From positions 1 to 51,658 of IMG/VR virus record IMGVR_UViG_3300017644_000127: a DNA stretch of 51,658 nucleotides. One strand, 5' to 3'. Positions 50,760 to 51,658 of the stretch are shown here, one piece after another (positions within the stretch are counted from its first letter, which is position 1; each line of letters begins with the position of its first letter). The position numbers and the translations under genes were made by a program. The DNA is from a virus (lineage: Duplodnaviria; Caudoviricetes). The notes below the pieces were generated by a model that saw only the letters and a program-made list of their open reading frames with translations, searched no databases and had not been told where the DNA came from.

Positions 50760-51658
50760 GCGACATCCTCACCGTCTATCTGGACGACAAGGCCCCTGAA
50801 CAGGACGTCGCCCGAATTGCGCGGCTGAATGAATTTTTCGGCGCCAAGACAGTATCCGAGATTAAGGGCAAGCTCTGCCGCGAATTCGCAGAGCATCGCG
50901 GCACCCAATCCGGTGCGCGCCGGGATCTCGAGGTGATGCGCGCTGCCGTGCGTTACTACCACAAGGAACACGGGCTCGACGTCGTTCCGGCATTCACACT
51001 TCCGCAAAAGAGTCAGCCGCGCGAACGGTATCTGACGCGCTCCGAGGCGGCAGCCCTTCTCTTGGCCGCCCTGGGGTGGGAGAAGAAGAAGGTCGGGACC
51101 GGGCCGAACTCCTATGAAAAATGGGTGCGCCGCCGCTATCACCGAGGCAGCCACCTCGCCCGCCTGATCATCATCGGTCTCTATACCGGCACCCGCCCCG
51201 GCGCGATCAAGGGGTTGCAATGGATGCGCAACACGACCGGCGGATGGGCCGACCTCGATCGCGGGGTGATCTTCCGTCGCGCAGAGGGCGAGCGAGTTGC
51301 CCATAACAAGAGGAAGCCACCCGTGAAGATGGCGCGCCGCCTCCTTGCTCATATGAAGCGGTGGAAGCGCATGGATGGCTGGTCAGACGACACGGTCGGC
51401 GTGCGCCATGTGGTCCACTACTATGGCGCGCCCGTCACGAAGGAGAACAAGGCCTTCAGAAGCGCGATCGCGGCGGCCGGACTTACCAGCGAGGTGACGC
51501 CGCATGTCCTGCGCCATACCCGCGGGACTTGGCTGGCACAGGCCCAGGTGCCCCCGAACGAAGCCGCCGCTTCTCTCGGACTGACGGTCGACGAATACGA
51601 GCGCACCTATCTCCACAACGATCCGAATTTCCAACAGGCGGCAGCGGACGCTTATTGA
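50543..51658 (+). CDS. int: Tyrosine recombinase / phage integrase
   Basis: YTGTR, K, TPHVLRHT and catalytic Y in RTYLH. Confidence 0.93.
   Translation: MPQARKPPRLWLRTENDGDGKQRQTWIIKDAGRNIRTGCLAHETEQAERKLAEYLAEKYEPPRGGRASEITIGDILTVYLDDKAPEQDVARIARLNEFFGAKTVSEIKGKLCREFAEHRGTQSGARRDLEVMRAAVRYYHKEHGLDVVPAFTLPQKSQPRERYLTRSEAAALLLAALGWEKKKVGTGPNSYEKWVRRRYHRGSHLARLIIIGLYTGTRPGAIKGLQWMRNTTGGWADLDRGVIFRRAEGERVAHNKRKPPVKMARRLLAHMKRWKRMDGWSDDTVGVRHVVHYYGAPVTKENKAFRSAIAAAGLTSEVTPHVLRHTRGTWLAQAQVPPNEAAASLGLTVDEYERTYLHNDPNFQQAAADAY

Larger units (their letters stand above)
1..51658. mobile_element. Temperate prophage (siphovirus-type), apparently complete gene set; att sites not visible in the window
   Basis: Ordered lysis, tail, head, terminase, replication, Cro/CI, recombination, Xis and integrase modules. 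Confidence 0.95.

Noticed and set aside
51400-51658. attL/attR core or target tRNA
   Set aside because: The window stops at the int stop codon and begins at a gene stop; I saw no shared terminal repeat or tRNA.

Overview
The whole window is one apparently intact temperate siphovirus-type prophage from a high-GC alphaproteobacterium, judged from Rhizobiales-like genes and a GAAC-N7-GAAC LexA box. Left to right it carries: cargo (ATP-dependent DNA ligase, a Panacea antitoxin plus membrane partner); lysis genes (holin, spanins, GH19 endolysin); a GT-C membrane glycosyltransferase facing a beta-helix tailspike; tail, head and terminase genes (minus strand, with a -1 frameshift in the tail chaperone); a plus-strand moron cluster; a replication/early operon (DnaB, RuvC-like, SNF2-methyltransferase fusion, LexA-DNA-binding-domain-only protein, ParB-like protein); the Cro/CI switch with five CGGT-N6-ACCG operators; and a rightward early operon (RecE/RecT-like, DUF5131, DpdA/TGT-like + VUT transporter, DUF4326, Xis, tyrosine integrase). 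The most interesting signals are: (1) a ~570-nt hairpin-dense non-coding region at 41441-42050 with a candidate antisense small RNA, in a phage with DnaB but no recognisable initiator; (2) a minimal deazaguanine salvage pair (DpdA/TGT-like + VUT) flanked by 27-bp direct repeats; (3) a chain of direct repeats at gene boundaries that turns the accessory early genes into cassettes; (4) a CI without a cleavage domain, paired with a LexA-box-controlled candidate antirepressor; (5) terS and a DUF2321 moron sharing one palindromic CATG start. All family calls come from motif recognition by eye; no searches or folding programs were run. I saw no att sites, tRNAs or CRISPR arrays.
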